From the IMG/VR virus record IMGVR_UViG_3300037484_001092, positions 1-27,032 of that record: a stretch of DNA of 27,032 nucleotides; one strand, given 5' to 3'. Shown piece after piece: positions 16,201-23,344 of this stretch. The notes under the pieces are model-generated. The model was not told the origin of the DNA, did not search any database, and saw only the letters and a program-made list of their open reading frames with translations. The stretch is from a virus. Its lineage: Duplodnaviria; Caudoviricetes. The position numbers and the translations under genes are program-made. The first letter of the stretch is position 1; each line of letters begins with the position of its first letter.

Positions 16201-19014
16201 ATCACGAAAGAAATGGCGAAGGTGAAGAAGATCGACGATGTGCCGGCGAATCTGAACCCCTACAAGCTCATGCACCTTCTGGCGGGATGGAAAGGAAAGC
16301 CGGACGCTTGGCTGGAATACAAGCCTTTCCATTTCAAGACGTACAAGTTTTACGAAAACGTAAAGTCTCTCAAGGAAGCGATGACCCCGATTAAAAACAA
16401 CCGGGACATATTCGACGCTTATTGGGTGTCCCGAAGGTCAGTCAAAGTCGGCCAGGAAAAGTCCGGGGTTCTCGATACCGACGCGCGGAAAGTGATCGAG
16501 CAAATGGACCGAGAACACCCGGAATTCAGGGTAGCAGTAGATGAAATGAAGAAATTCGGAACCGCCTTGGCGCGCTACCTGTACGACGGCGGTGTGATCG
16601 ACGGAGAGGGATTTATTCGGCTGGTCAAGGGGATCAAGGAAGAGGATTACACCCCGTTCTACCGCGTCATGGATTACGAGCGCGCTGGTGGCGGATCCGG
16701 AAGCGGCGCCAGCTACGAAGTAAAGGGATCCCCTATCAAGGGGTTCAAGGGCTCCTGGCGAGATATCGTCAGCCCCACGGAATCATATATCAAAAACACC
16801 TACGCTTTCATCATGGCGGTGGAGAAAAACGCCATCGGAAAAGCTTTGGTTAATTTGTCCAAAGAGAAAGAAGGCATGGGGAAATTCGTGGAGAAAATCC
16901 CCGCTGACGCGCAGCGGATCGCCGTGAAGGACACCGAGTTCGAGGGGATGCTCCGGAAATACGGAAAATGGACCGAGACGACGCAGTTCCAGACGACGGA
17001 AAAAGTGATCCGGGAATCGATCAAAGACGAAACCGGGGCCGATATCCCCGCGGGGGATCGCGGTACACGAATCATGAAAGAGCGCGCGGTCGAAGCCCTC
17101 AAGACACGCGGATATTCGGAAGCCGAGGCGCAAACGATCGTCAGCCGGATTGCCAGCGCGAAGAACGAGACGGCCAGGAATCGGATCATCGAGCGCGTCA
17201 CGGAGCGCGCTACCGTCCGGAACACAGTCCGGGAATTCGGGATCGATATCCCCGAGGGGCTGGCGTACATCTACCGGAAAGCCCCAAACACCCCGAAGGG
17301 GAACGTCATCACCGTTATGGAACGCGGCAAGCCGACCTTCTACGAAGTCGACGAGCGGATCTACAACGCCTTCCACGCTCTCGACAAGGAAGGCGCGAAC
17401 ACCCTCATTCGAATCATGTCGATCCCCTCCCGATTGCTCCGGGCTGGTGCTACCCTTACTCCGGAATTCTCGCTGGGGAAGAACCCCGGAAGGGACCAAT
17501 TAACAGCCTTCATCAATTCGAAGTACGGGTACATCCCGGGCGTGGATCTCGCCAAGGGGCTCTTCACGGCCGTCAAGAAGAACGAGGATTACTGGCGCTG
17601 GAAGATCGGCGGCGGGGAACATTCCGCGCTGGTGTCTATGGACCGGGAGTATTTCGACAAGACCTGGAAGGAAGTAATGCGCGATCGAGGCGTTAAGGCT
17701 ACAGCGCTTCATATCGCCACGCATCCGATCGACGTCCTCCGGGCCCTGTCGGAGTACACCGAAGAGGCGACTCGCCTGGGAGAATTCAGGAAGGGTCTCA
17801 AGGTGGAGTTAGGCAGGGGGAAAAGCCTCAAGGCTGCCACGCAGGACGCCTCTTACGCCTCGAGAGAAGTCACCCTCCCTTTCTCGAGGATGGGCGCCAA
17901 GACCAAAGCGGTCAGCATGATCATCGCCTTCTGGAATGCAAATATGCAGAACATAGACAAGATTCACCGGCAGTTCAAGGAATATCCGCTTCAAACATCG
18001 GTAAGAATGATGGCGGCGGTCACCTTGCCGTCTGTGCTTCTTGCGGTTGCCAATCACGACGATCCCGATGTAAAAGAAATCGCTCAATGGCAAAAGGATA
18101 TCTTCTGGATTGTACCCACCGACAGATATTACACGGTCGGCCCATGGAAGGGAGATCGTGTCATCCTTCGGATCCCGAAGCCTTTCGTGGAGGGGATCCT
18201 GTTCGGGTCTTTCCCGGAGCGGATCGTAAATTACATCATGGACAGGGATCCTCATGCTTTCGACGGATTGCTCGAGTCCCTGGCCCGTGGATCAACTCCC
18301 GGCTTTCTGCCTACGATTGCCGTTCCGCTCATCGAGAATTGGGCGAACAAGTCGACCTTCACCGAGCGTCCGATCGTACCGAGAGCCCGGGAGGACGTTC
18401 TCCCGCAGTATCAGTACGCGCCTTACACCACGGAAACCGCGAAGAAGATCGGCGGCCTCATGGCGAAGATCCCCGGGATCAGGGGATCGAACATCGAGGC
18501 GCAGATTGTGTCGCCGGCCAAGATCGAAAACCTCATCCGGGGATACACGGGCGGCCTTGGGATGTGGGCGCTTCACGCGGCGAATGCCAGCCTGAAAACG
18601 GCCGGGATCGTGCCGGAGCGCGTGGAGCCGTCGAAACAGCTCGCGGATTATCCTCTCATCAAAGCATTCGTCGTGCGGTATCCGACGGCCGATACGGAAT
18701 CCATCAAGCGCTTCTTCGAGGATTACAAGGAAGCAGAGACAAACGTGAAATCGGCCAAACTCCTGATGAAACGCGGGGAGCTGGCAGACGCATCGGACAT
18801 CCTTCAAAAAGAAGAAGTCATTAAACTCGTCAGCGTCAAAACCGCCCTCACGAATGCGCATCGGCTGGTGGATCTCATCTATGAAAATCCCGACATCTTG
18901 CCGGAAGAGAAGCGCCGGATGATCGATGAAACGTATCTGAATATGTCGGTGATGGCCCGGGCGGGGAACAAAGTGCTCGACAAATTCAAGGAATCGAAAA
19001 AGGCGGCAAAATGA
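13216..19014 (+). CDS. Large polyvalent internal virion protein with HExxH metallopeptidase-like motif and C-terminal LPD38-like domain, 1932 aa
   Basis: GTGA overlap; HEIGH (15772-15786) with downstream EGFAEF; C-terminal WIVP..RIPKPFVEGILFGSFPER..PLIENWANK..SPAKIENLIRGYTG pattern; Pro-rich linkers. Confidence 0.75.
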   Translation: MSEFAQFLPPSTGNSPEEGGFGAFRPPVKKKEPPGITDRIGAVAVSLWDKARGTAAPTPPTPTPPSGFDISPPLGMSPDQQLFDMSRIETAQKNGKPVDNLLQEMTGRGWKLNAPVKPAPAPTPSTPPSFLTKIPYSGIEGAPTGEEPPINPLDLAKAGGRSAAELALFPARAGAELAAASAGRAFSMEGATGAATTPTGITDPVLHEKISKSVNDAIESGKGFVFGAPTEGTAAFEEGLGIPFEALGYVPQKIGAYVTEKTGDPLLGKGAEYAALIGTFKMGHKGGKVIREGIDRLVRSKKPTTVETSPVMTATPPTPPLETPITPEAIPTPPPASETTVPPGMAPGSPEFYKAEADRLGIQFSGVTETGLPSRPKMVVFQDGDNKTGAGSFTLNPGESVEQALARARERYEAPKPTAEAGPVAVPEPTITGPEPTPAPEPIPLTKEAPTAPELSGVQLPPPEPPVPTPGEKFANVRDIKSKQKKAAAEPTLQQRILRAGGIKITPESRGEFAKYGLRQGEGALARLFRSEKHPGHKKAMDWSQWADTFIRDGILDKDATIDDLMDAIKKNKRPHGAGLDAEIEAEGIKAAEKAARETVPENEIALGDSFRIDGEKFKAVKYDEQGRLVIKDGVEHRLGPGDDIRVDGGKEGITPGEIPKPEQTVGEFTVKPTTSTDPGDVGWWDIEDKDGNLVDMKPTREEAIQRAGQETAPKGQQDLIKDKSFRLAEEPVPEGPAGEFKPEATGAQDELFPGERAKYKAPEKGPPAPPPEGGLFAKGEEGFAPEKDFRTKPAEPVDEGAPMSRSSIAKFLSEKFDIPLRVGRFRNALGIFKVGPEVIRTRFAHDIEVISHEIGHALHKFLWPEARTGSGGLAAGPLRRFQDELIPIATKPRAGGSKNAEGFAEFIRRYVVNPEDAKRVAPKFFKFFEEQLDAKSPDAKAILLKARADYKRWLEQPALARVMGSINQTPATGAALSFKKLYANVIDAFYPIEEITKEMAKVKKIDDVPANLNPYKLMHLLAGWKGKPDAWLEYKPFHFKTYKFYENVKSLKEAMTPIKNNRDIFDAYWVSRRSVKVGQEKSGVLDTDARKVIEQMDREHPEFRVAVDEMKKFGTALARYLYDGGVIDGEGFIRLVKGIKEEDYTPFYRVMDYERAGGGSGSGASYEVKGSPIKGFKGSWRDIVSPTESYIKNTYAFIMAVEKNAIGKALVNLSKEKEGMGKFVEKIPADAQRIAVKDTEFEGMLRKYGKWTETTQFQTTEKVIRESIKDETGADIPAGDRGTRIMKERAVEALKTRGYSEAEAQTIVSRIASAKNETARNRIIERVTERATVRNTVREFGIDIPEGLAYIYRKAPNTPKGNVITVMERGKPTFYEVDERIYNAFHALDKEGANTLIRIMSIPSRLLRAGATLTPEFSLGKNPGRDQLTAFINSKYGYIPGVDLAKGLFTAVKKNEDYWRWKIGGGEHSALVSMDREYFDKTWKEVMRDRGVKATALHIATHPIDVLRALSEYTEEATRLGEFRKGLKVELGRGKSLKAATQDASYASREVTLPFSRMGAKTKAVSMIIAFWNANMQNIDKIHRQFKEYPLQTSVRMMAAVTLPSVLLAVANHDDPDVKEIAQWQKDIFWIVPTDRYYTVGPWKGDRVILRIPKPFVEGILFGSFPERIVNYIMDRDPHAFDGLLESLARGSTPGFLPTIAVPLIENWANKSTFTERPIVPRAREDVLPQYQYAPYTTETAKKIGGLMAKIPGIRGSNIEAQIVSPAKIENLIRGYTGGLGMWALHAANASLKTAGIVPERVEPSKQLADYPLIKAFVVRYPTADTESIKRFFEDYKEAETNVKSAKLLMKRGELADASDILQKEEVIKLVSVKTALTNAHRLVDLIYENPDILPEEKRRMIDETYLNMSVMARAGNKVLDKFKESKKAAK

Positions 19015-19478
19015 GAGAGAACTTCCCGTCGGCGATGACCAACTTGAAGGAATGGGAAGGTTTCAAGAGCTTGGATCCGGACGATCCAGGCGGCGAAACG
19101 GTGTACGGGATTTCCCGGCACTATCACCCGAAAATGTGGGTCAACGGGAAGGCGCCGACCTGGGATCAAGCGAAGGAATTCTACTTGGCGCTGTGGATCG
19201 CCAACGGCTGCGACGATCTTCCCTCTCCGGTGGATTGGATTCATTTCGATTCGTGCGTGAACCCCGGACCCGGGGCGGCGAAAGGTTTCCGGATATGGAG
19301 CTCGGAACACAAAGACCCAACGCGACAATCGGTGGAGTACGCGGTGTTGCGACTCCGTTATTACCTAAAAGTGGTCAGGCAGCGGCCGGTGTCGCTGAAA
19401 TACCTGGCTGGCTGGATGGATCGAACCCTTGATTTCCTCGAACGTGGGGTAATCACAACCTGGGACATGGAGGATTAA
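19011..19478 (+). CDS. Endolysin, glycoside hydrolase family 108 muramidase
   Basis: WEGF..DPDDPGGETVYGIS, FDSCVNPG and C-terminal RLRYY..KYLAGWMDR peptidoglycan-binding-type motif. Confidence 0.88.
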   Translation: MRENFPSAMTNLKEWEGFKSLDPDDPGGETVYGISRHYHPKMWVNGKAPTWDQAKEFYLALWIANGCDDLPSPVDWIHFDSCVNPGPGAAKGFRIWSSEHKDPTRQSVEYAVLRLRYYLKVVRQRPVSLKYLAGWMDRTLDFLERGVITTWDMED

Positions 19479-19482
19479 TTGT

Positions 19483-19935
19483 ATGAGAAAAACAAATGTT
19501 GGGGTGCTGGTGGCGATTGTTCTTGGTGCGATCTTGACGTTCGGGACGGTTGCTCTCGCGGAAAATCTGTCCTGGACTCCAGCAACGACGTCCGTTTCAG
19601 GAACGTCGTTTACCTCCGCAGAAATGGCAACGATGACGTTCTACGTCCGGATCGACAAGCCGAATCCGCGGGACAACACATCGACCGGGGGCTGGTACTA
19701 TCTCGGGGAAACAAGAAACGGCGTATCATTCTATCCCGCGGACAACTCTCTTGCATCGCTGATGAGATCCTACGGGCTTGGGGGGCAGACGGTACGGTTC
19801 GCCGTGTCTCAAGCCTTCAAAGACACCGACGGCGTGGAACGTGATAGCAGTCCGTCCGCGGCGTACTCATGGATCGTGCCGGTCCCTTTCAACCCCCGGA
19901 CGTCGGTGGCCCCAACGGGTCCGGTAATCAGGTAG
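19483..19935 (+). CDS. Secreted Ig/FN3-like protein with Sec signal peptide
   Basis: GGAGG SD; MRKTNVGVLVAIVLGAILTFGTVALA|E; LSWTP..FYV..VRFAVS..DTDGVERDSSPS beta-sandwich pattern; Pro-rich tail. Confidence 0.7.
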   Translation: MRKTNVGVLVAIVLGAILTFGTVALAENLSWTPATTSVSGTSFTSAEMATMTFYVRIDKPNPRDNTSTGGWYYLGETRNGVSFYPADNSLASLMRSYGLGGQTVRFAVSQAFKDTDGVERDSSPSAAYSWIVPVPFNPRTSVAPTGPVIR

Positions 19936-20072
19936 GGGCCATTGTTGTCCTCATCGCCGCCATCGTGGGGATCGTGGCTTTATTCGTGCTTGGTCATCCG
20001 GTGGCGGGAGGAATCATTCTGGTGGTGCTTGGCATTGCGGTTGTCGTGTATCTCATTCGAAGAAAGGGGTAA
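19869..20072 (+). CDS. Small two-TM membrane protein (holin-like); start uncertain
   Basis: Two hydrophobic segments separated by GHP and ending RRKG; the only ATG lies inside the upstream gene without an SD. Confidence 0.5.
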   Translation: MDRAGPFQPPDVGGPNGSGNQVGAIVVLIAAIVGIVALFVLGHPVAGGIILVVLGIAVVVYLIRRKG

Positions 20073-20075
20073 GCC

Positions 20076-20207
20076 ATGACGCCATACCTGATCGGGCTTT
20101 TGTTCGGAGCAGCCTGTTTCGTGGTCGGCTTCTTTGTCGGCAAGAAAAACGGATCCAAGGTCGATGAAGTACAAAGGCGCCTGAAAGACACCCTGGGAAA
20201 GAAATAA
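20076..20207 (+). CDS. 43-aa single-TM membrane protein (not in ORF track)
   Basis: SD-like AAGGGG; MTPYLIGLLFGAACFVVGFFVG followed by basic tail KKNGSKVDEVQRRLKDTLGKK*; fits exactly between neighbours. Confidence 0.65.
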   Translation: MTPYLIGLLFGAACFVVGFFVGKKNGSKVDEVQRRLKDTLGKK

Positions 20208-20208
20208 A

Positions 20209-20526
20209 ATGCTCCGCGACTGGATCGACAAGCTTCTGAATTGGAGTGGGGGGGCCTATGTCGGCCTCTCCACCCTCGTCATCCTCGGGCTTGCCGTCGC
20301 GGAGTATGCCAGCGGCACTCCGACGTACATCACGGGACCGGACGGAAAGAATATCATCTATATTGTGCATCGAGCGCCCGAATGGTTCACGAGCGCGATT
20401 GGCATTTACACGATCATCTTGACGGTGTTTGCAATGAGCAAGCCGATCAATACTCTTATCGCACAGAAGGGGACGCCGCCGCCCGAACCGGCTCCAGTGG
20501 AACCCGCTCGACCGATGGAGAAATAG
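20209..20526 (+). CDS. Two-TM membrane protein, holin candidate
   Basis: TM1 AYVGLSTLVILGLAVA, TM2 AIGIYTIILTVFAM, hydrophilic Pro-rich C-tail; in lysis cassette. Confidence 0.6.
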   Translation: MLRDWIDKLLNWSGGAYVGLSTLVILGLAVAEYASGTPTYITGPDGKNIIYIVHRAPEWFTSAIGIYTIILTVFAMSKPINTLIAQKGTPPPEPAPVEPARPMEK

Positions 20527-20535
20527 GGAGGCGGC

Positions 20536-21123
20536 ATGTGGGAAAACCTAAAAACCCGTGCCGGGGCTGTCCTGATCCCCTTGGTAGCAGTTGCCCTCGG
20601 CATCCTTGCGGCGATTCTCTGGCTCCGTTTCGCCGACCGTCCGGCGCCGATCTACGTTCCGGGGCCGGGGAGCGTGAACACAGTTTACGAAACAAAGTGG
20701 CGAGACAGGATAAAACCGGTCCCGTACATCGTACCCACCGGAGCGGTGATGGAATTTTTTCCGAAGATCGAACTCGCAAGGGTGTCAAAGATCCCTGATG
20801 CTCCTGACAACACGATCGCCTTCGGCCAGGTCCCTCCGCATGGGGGAAGAACGACGGTGTTCGCAACGCTGAAACCTGGGGCTGACAACGTGCTTCGCGG
20901 AGGACTCGAGTACCGGCAGGAAGCCATCCCGTTTTGGGACTTGAAGCGGGAAATTCACGGCGGGATCTACTACGGGGTCGCCGGCCAGAACAGCATAGAG
21001 GGCCAGGTCCGGCTCAACTTCCTCCGGACAGGTCCTGTGAATTGGAACAGCCAAGGGCGAGTCGGGATCGAGCGAGATGGAGGCCGTATGAATGGGGCCC
21101 TGCTTGTTGGAGCAGAATTCTAA
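20536..21123 (+). CDS. Membrane-anchored protein with C-terminal amphipathic beta-strands ending in Phe (spanin-like candidate)
   Basis: GGGAGG SD; N-terminal TM VLIPLVAVALGILAAILWL; C-terminus GALLVGAEF resembles an outer-membrane beta-signal. Confidence 0.6.
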   Translation: MWENLKTRAGAVLIPLVAVALGILAAILWLRFADRPAPIYVPGPGSVNTVYETKWRDRIKPVPYIVPTGAVMEFFPKIELARVSKIPDAPDNTIAFGQVPPHGGRTTVFATLKPGADNVLRGGLEYRQEAIPFWDLKREIHGGIYYGVAGQNSIEGQVRLNFLRTGPVNWNSQGRVGIERDGGRMNGALLVGAEF

Positions 21124-21139
21124 CAAACGGGAGGCGAAA

Positions 21140-21736
21140 ATGTCTGAAAACAGACCCGGGTTAGGGGTAGATTCTCGTGGCGGGGCCGTAGTCGATCCGA
21201 CGCAGAACGTCCTTGATCTCGTTGAGGCGAAGGGTAAGGCGACCGATGCCGCCATAATCGCCGCCGTCCATAGACTCGATGATCTACGGGAAGAGAAGTA
21301 CAAACATCTCCATGAACTTCAAACCGTAGAACTAAAGAGGATCGACGAGGTATTGAAACTCCGCGTGGATTTCACGATGCAACTTGCCGTCGCGGAGGCG
21401 AAACGGATTGACGCCAACCTTGCGGTTGTGGAGTCCACAGGCAGGGCGAGGACCGACGCTGTTTTCCAAGGGCTTGCACAGATAACGGAACGAGTCGCCA
21501 CGGTGGAGAAGTTCCAATATGAGGCATCCGGCCGGTCCCGCGTTGCGGACCCTATAATGGATAACTCCCTTCGGGAAATTAAGGGCTTGCTTGTAGAACG
21601 CGCTCAGTTGTCCGGCCAGGGGCAGGGAATGAGCATGATCGTCGGGTACATACTCGCGGCAATCGCCGCGCTATCCTCGGGCGTCGCCATCGTGCTTTCG
21701 CTACAGGGGGCGTTCCGACCGGCGGTAGGGGGGTAG
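21140..21736 (+). CDS. Coiled-coil protein with C-terminal TM, 198 aa
   Basis: Start re-assigned to ATG 21140 (GGGAGG SD); heptad-rich body; TM IVGYILAAIAALSSGVAIVL. Confidence 0.65.
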   Translation: MSENRPGLGVDSRGGAVVDPTQNVLDLVEAKGKATDAAIIAAVHRLDDLREEKYKHLHELQTVELKRIDEVLKLRVDFTMQLAVAEAKRIDANLAVVESTGRARTDAVFQGLAQITERVATVEKFQYEASGRSRVADPIMDNSLREIKGLLVERAQLSGQGQGMSMIVGYILAAIAALSSGVAIVLSLQGAFRPAVGG

Positions 21737-21739
21737 GTC

Positions 21740-22198
21740 ATGCGGGAGTCCGTCCATCTTTTCGGTCTGCCCGGGCTCGTCAACGTCGGACGAGTGAATG
21801 AATGGGTCTACCGCGGGGCCGATCCAGAGCCAATAGAGGGGTACAAGTCCCTCGCCGGCCTAGGCGTCAAGACCGTCCCGAACCTGTCCACGGAGCGGGA
21901 CGTAGAGGCGTACGGGATCACGGAGATTTACAAGCCGATGCGCTTCTTCCGAGACGTTGACCCAAGCATGGTGTATAATCTTGTCACCCTGCTTTGCCAT
22001 ACCAAGCTCCTACCGATTTACGTTCATTGTGCTCAAGGACGAGACAGGACGGGGATGGTGATTGCCTGCTTCCGCATCGAGGGTGGATGGTCGACCGAGG
22101 ATGCAATCGCCGAAATGGATTCGTTCGGCTTCCATTACGTCTGGACCCATTTCCTTGAATTCGTTCAGGGATACAAGTCAAGAAAGGAGGGGGGTTGA
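21740..22198 (+). CDS. Cys-based tyrosine/dual-specificity phosphatase superfamily protein
   Basis: Intact P-loop VHCAQGRDRTG (CX5R); N-terminal VNEWVYRGADP and LGVKTV.NL; C-terminal GWSTEDAIAEM. Confidence 0.88.
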   Translation: MRESVHLFGLPGLVNVGRVNEWVYRGADPEPIEGYKSLAGLGVKTVPNLSTERDVEAYGITEIYKPMRFFRDVDPSMVYNLVTLLCHTKLLPIYVHCAQGRDRTGMVIACFRIEGGWSTEDAIAEMDSFGFHYVWTHFLEFVQGYKSRKEGG

Positions 22199-22244
22199 TG
22201 AAAGTGGAGATTCATGCGAACGGAAACCGGGGCCCTTTTTTTAT

Positions 22245-22553
22245 TTAGAAGTTTTTCGTTTGCTTTCTGCGATCGGCTGCCGCACGTTTTTTTAGCAAGC
22301 GAATTTGATTCCGGAGGGTTTTATTCTTAGAGCAAAGTACCTTGTTCGCGGCCGTCAGTTTTTCCTCGGCGGCTCGATGCTTCCAGAGCGCCCGTAGCGC
22401 CGCCTCATAAGCATAGGGGTCTGGTTGATCCATTCTTAGGCACTTGCGGCACGGCCCTGGCCTTTCATTCCCATGAACAACCGGGCAATCTCGTTCCGAA
22501 TAAAAACAACCGCATTTTTTACAACAACGACTATGGAGATGAAGAAGGCCCAT
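22245..22553 (-). CDS. Zn-ribbon-like plus basic coiled-coil hypothetical protein
   Basis: CKKC...CRKC pairs, then LTAANKVLCSKNKTLRNQIRLL coiled coil; overlaps the end of the HNH gene. Confidence 0.55.
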   Translation of the reverse strand: MGLLHLHSRCCKKCGCFYSERDCPVVHGNERPGPCRKCLRMDQPDPYAYEAALRALWKHRAAEEKLTAANKVLCSKNKTLRNQIRLLKKRAAADRRKQTKNF

Positions 22554-23046
22554 GGTCGCTCATCCTCCGTTGATTGATCCTCTGTTCTCTCCTTGTCGCC
22601 CATTGGCAATTTCCCGGTTCGTAGCCTTTATTGTTGTCTTTCCGATCTAATGTTAGCCCGGGAGGGCATCGGCCCACATCTTTCAGGAAGGACGGGAAAT
22701 CGTTCTTCCATTGGTCGCACATCGTTATTCCTCGACCACCGTAGTAGGCCCATATTTCCCTTCTCGGATTGAAACACCTTGTTTTTGCCTCTTTCCAAGC
22801 ACGATATTCTCTGGTATGTTTTTTAGATTCCCCATGTTTCGTCATCAGGGCAGTTGTTATTTCTCCCTTGAGGCAACCACAAGACCTTGTGGAGCCGCTT
22901 CTCGCTGCATATCCATAGACAACGACGGAATTCCCGCAATCACAAACGGCATTCCACATAGCAGCACGATAATTATTGTAGTGAGAAAAAGAAACGATCA
23001 CCAACATGCCGAAACGCTTCCCTTTCATCTCAATTCTTTTCGCCAT
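22531..23046 (-). CDS. HNH-type homing endonuclease-like protein
   Basis: GKRFGMLV..WNAVCDCG..TRSCGC..HG..YRAW..KTRC..YYGGRGITMC..W..LTLDRKDNNKGYEPGNCQWAT; AAGGAG SD; AT-richer than backbone. Confidence 0.85.
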   Translation of the reverse strand: MAKRIEMKGKRFGMLVIVSFSHYNNYRAAMWNAVCDCGNSVVVYGYAARSGSTRSCGCLKGEITTALMTKHGESKKHTREYRAWKEAKTRCFNPRREIWAYYGGRGITMCDQWKNDFPSFLKDVGRCPPGLTLDRKDNNKGYEPGNCQWATRREQRINQRRMSDHGPSSSP

Positions 23047-23069
23047 GGGGATCTCCTTTTGAAATTAAA

Positions 23070-23149
23070 GCCCCCGGAGGTAAGTGTCGCGCCTCACCAC
23101 AAGGCTATTGTCTGACCCAAGCCTCCTGCAAGTGGATTCCTCCGGGGGC
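23070..23149 (-). ncRNA. Candidate structured leader RNA upstream of the HNH gene
   Basis: Perfect 11-bp inverted repeat (23070-23080 / 23139-23149) enclosing two further hairpins; followed on - strand by UUUAAUUU and the SD. Confidence 0.5.
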
Positions 23150-23158
23150 AGGGGCATC

Positions 23159-23344
23159 CTACGCCTCCTTTTTCGCCCGGGGCTTCCTGGGCGCCTTGAA
23201 CATCGCCAGAACTGCCGCGCCGAGCTTCTTCGGATCCGATCCCTCGACGACGATCTCCTTGTCGGGGGTGTTGGCATCGCCAAACTCTCCGACGACAGTA
23301 AAACCATTCTCCTTCTTTACTACGTAAATTCGCTCCGGCATCAT
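23159..23344 (-). CDS. Small hypothetical protein, 61 aa
   Basis: GGAGG SD, ATGA overlap with upstream gene, basic C-tail KAPRKPRAKKEA. Confidence 0.6.
   Translation of the reverse strand: MMPERIYVVKKENGFTVVGEFGDANTPDKEIVVEGSDPKKLGAAVLAMFKAPRKPRAKKEA

Noticed and set aside
8536-18861. Many long antisense or overlapping ORFs (e.g. 8536-9636, 13135-14304, 14940-15938, 16783-17499)
   Set aside because: Shadows of GC-rich codon usage opposite well-supported genes; no motifs or SD support.
22190-22240. Hammerhead-like TGATGA...GAAA spacing
   Set aside because: Core is UUGAUGA, not CUGANGA, and stems II/III do not form in the required register.
23105-23150. HDV-like ribozyme resemblance (CCCAAGCCTCCTGC) on the + strand
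   Set aside because: P3 and the nested pseudoknot pairings cannot be built; the - strand multi-stem fold explains the region better.
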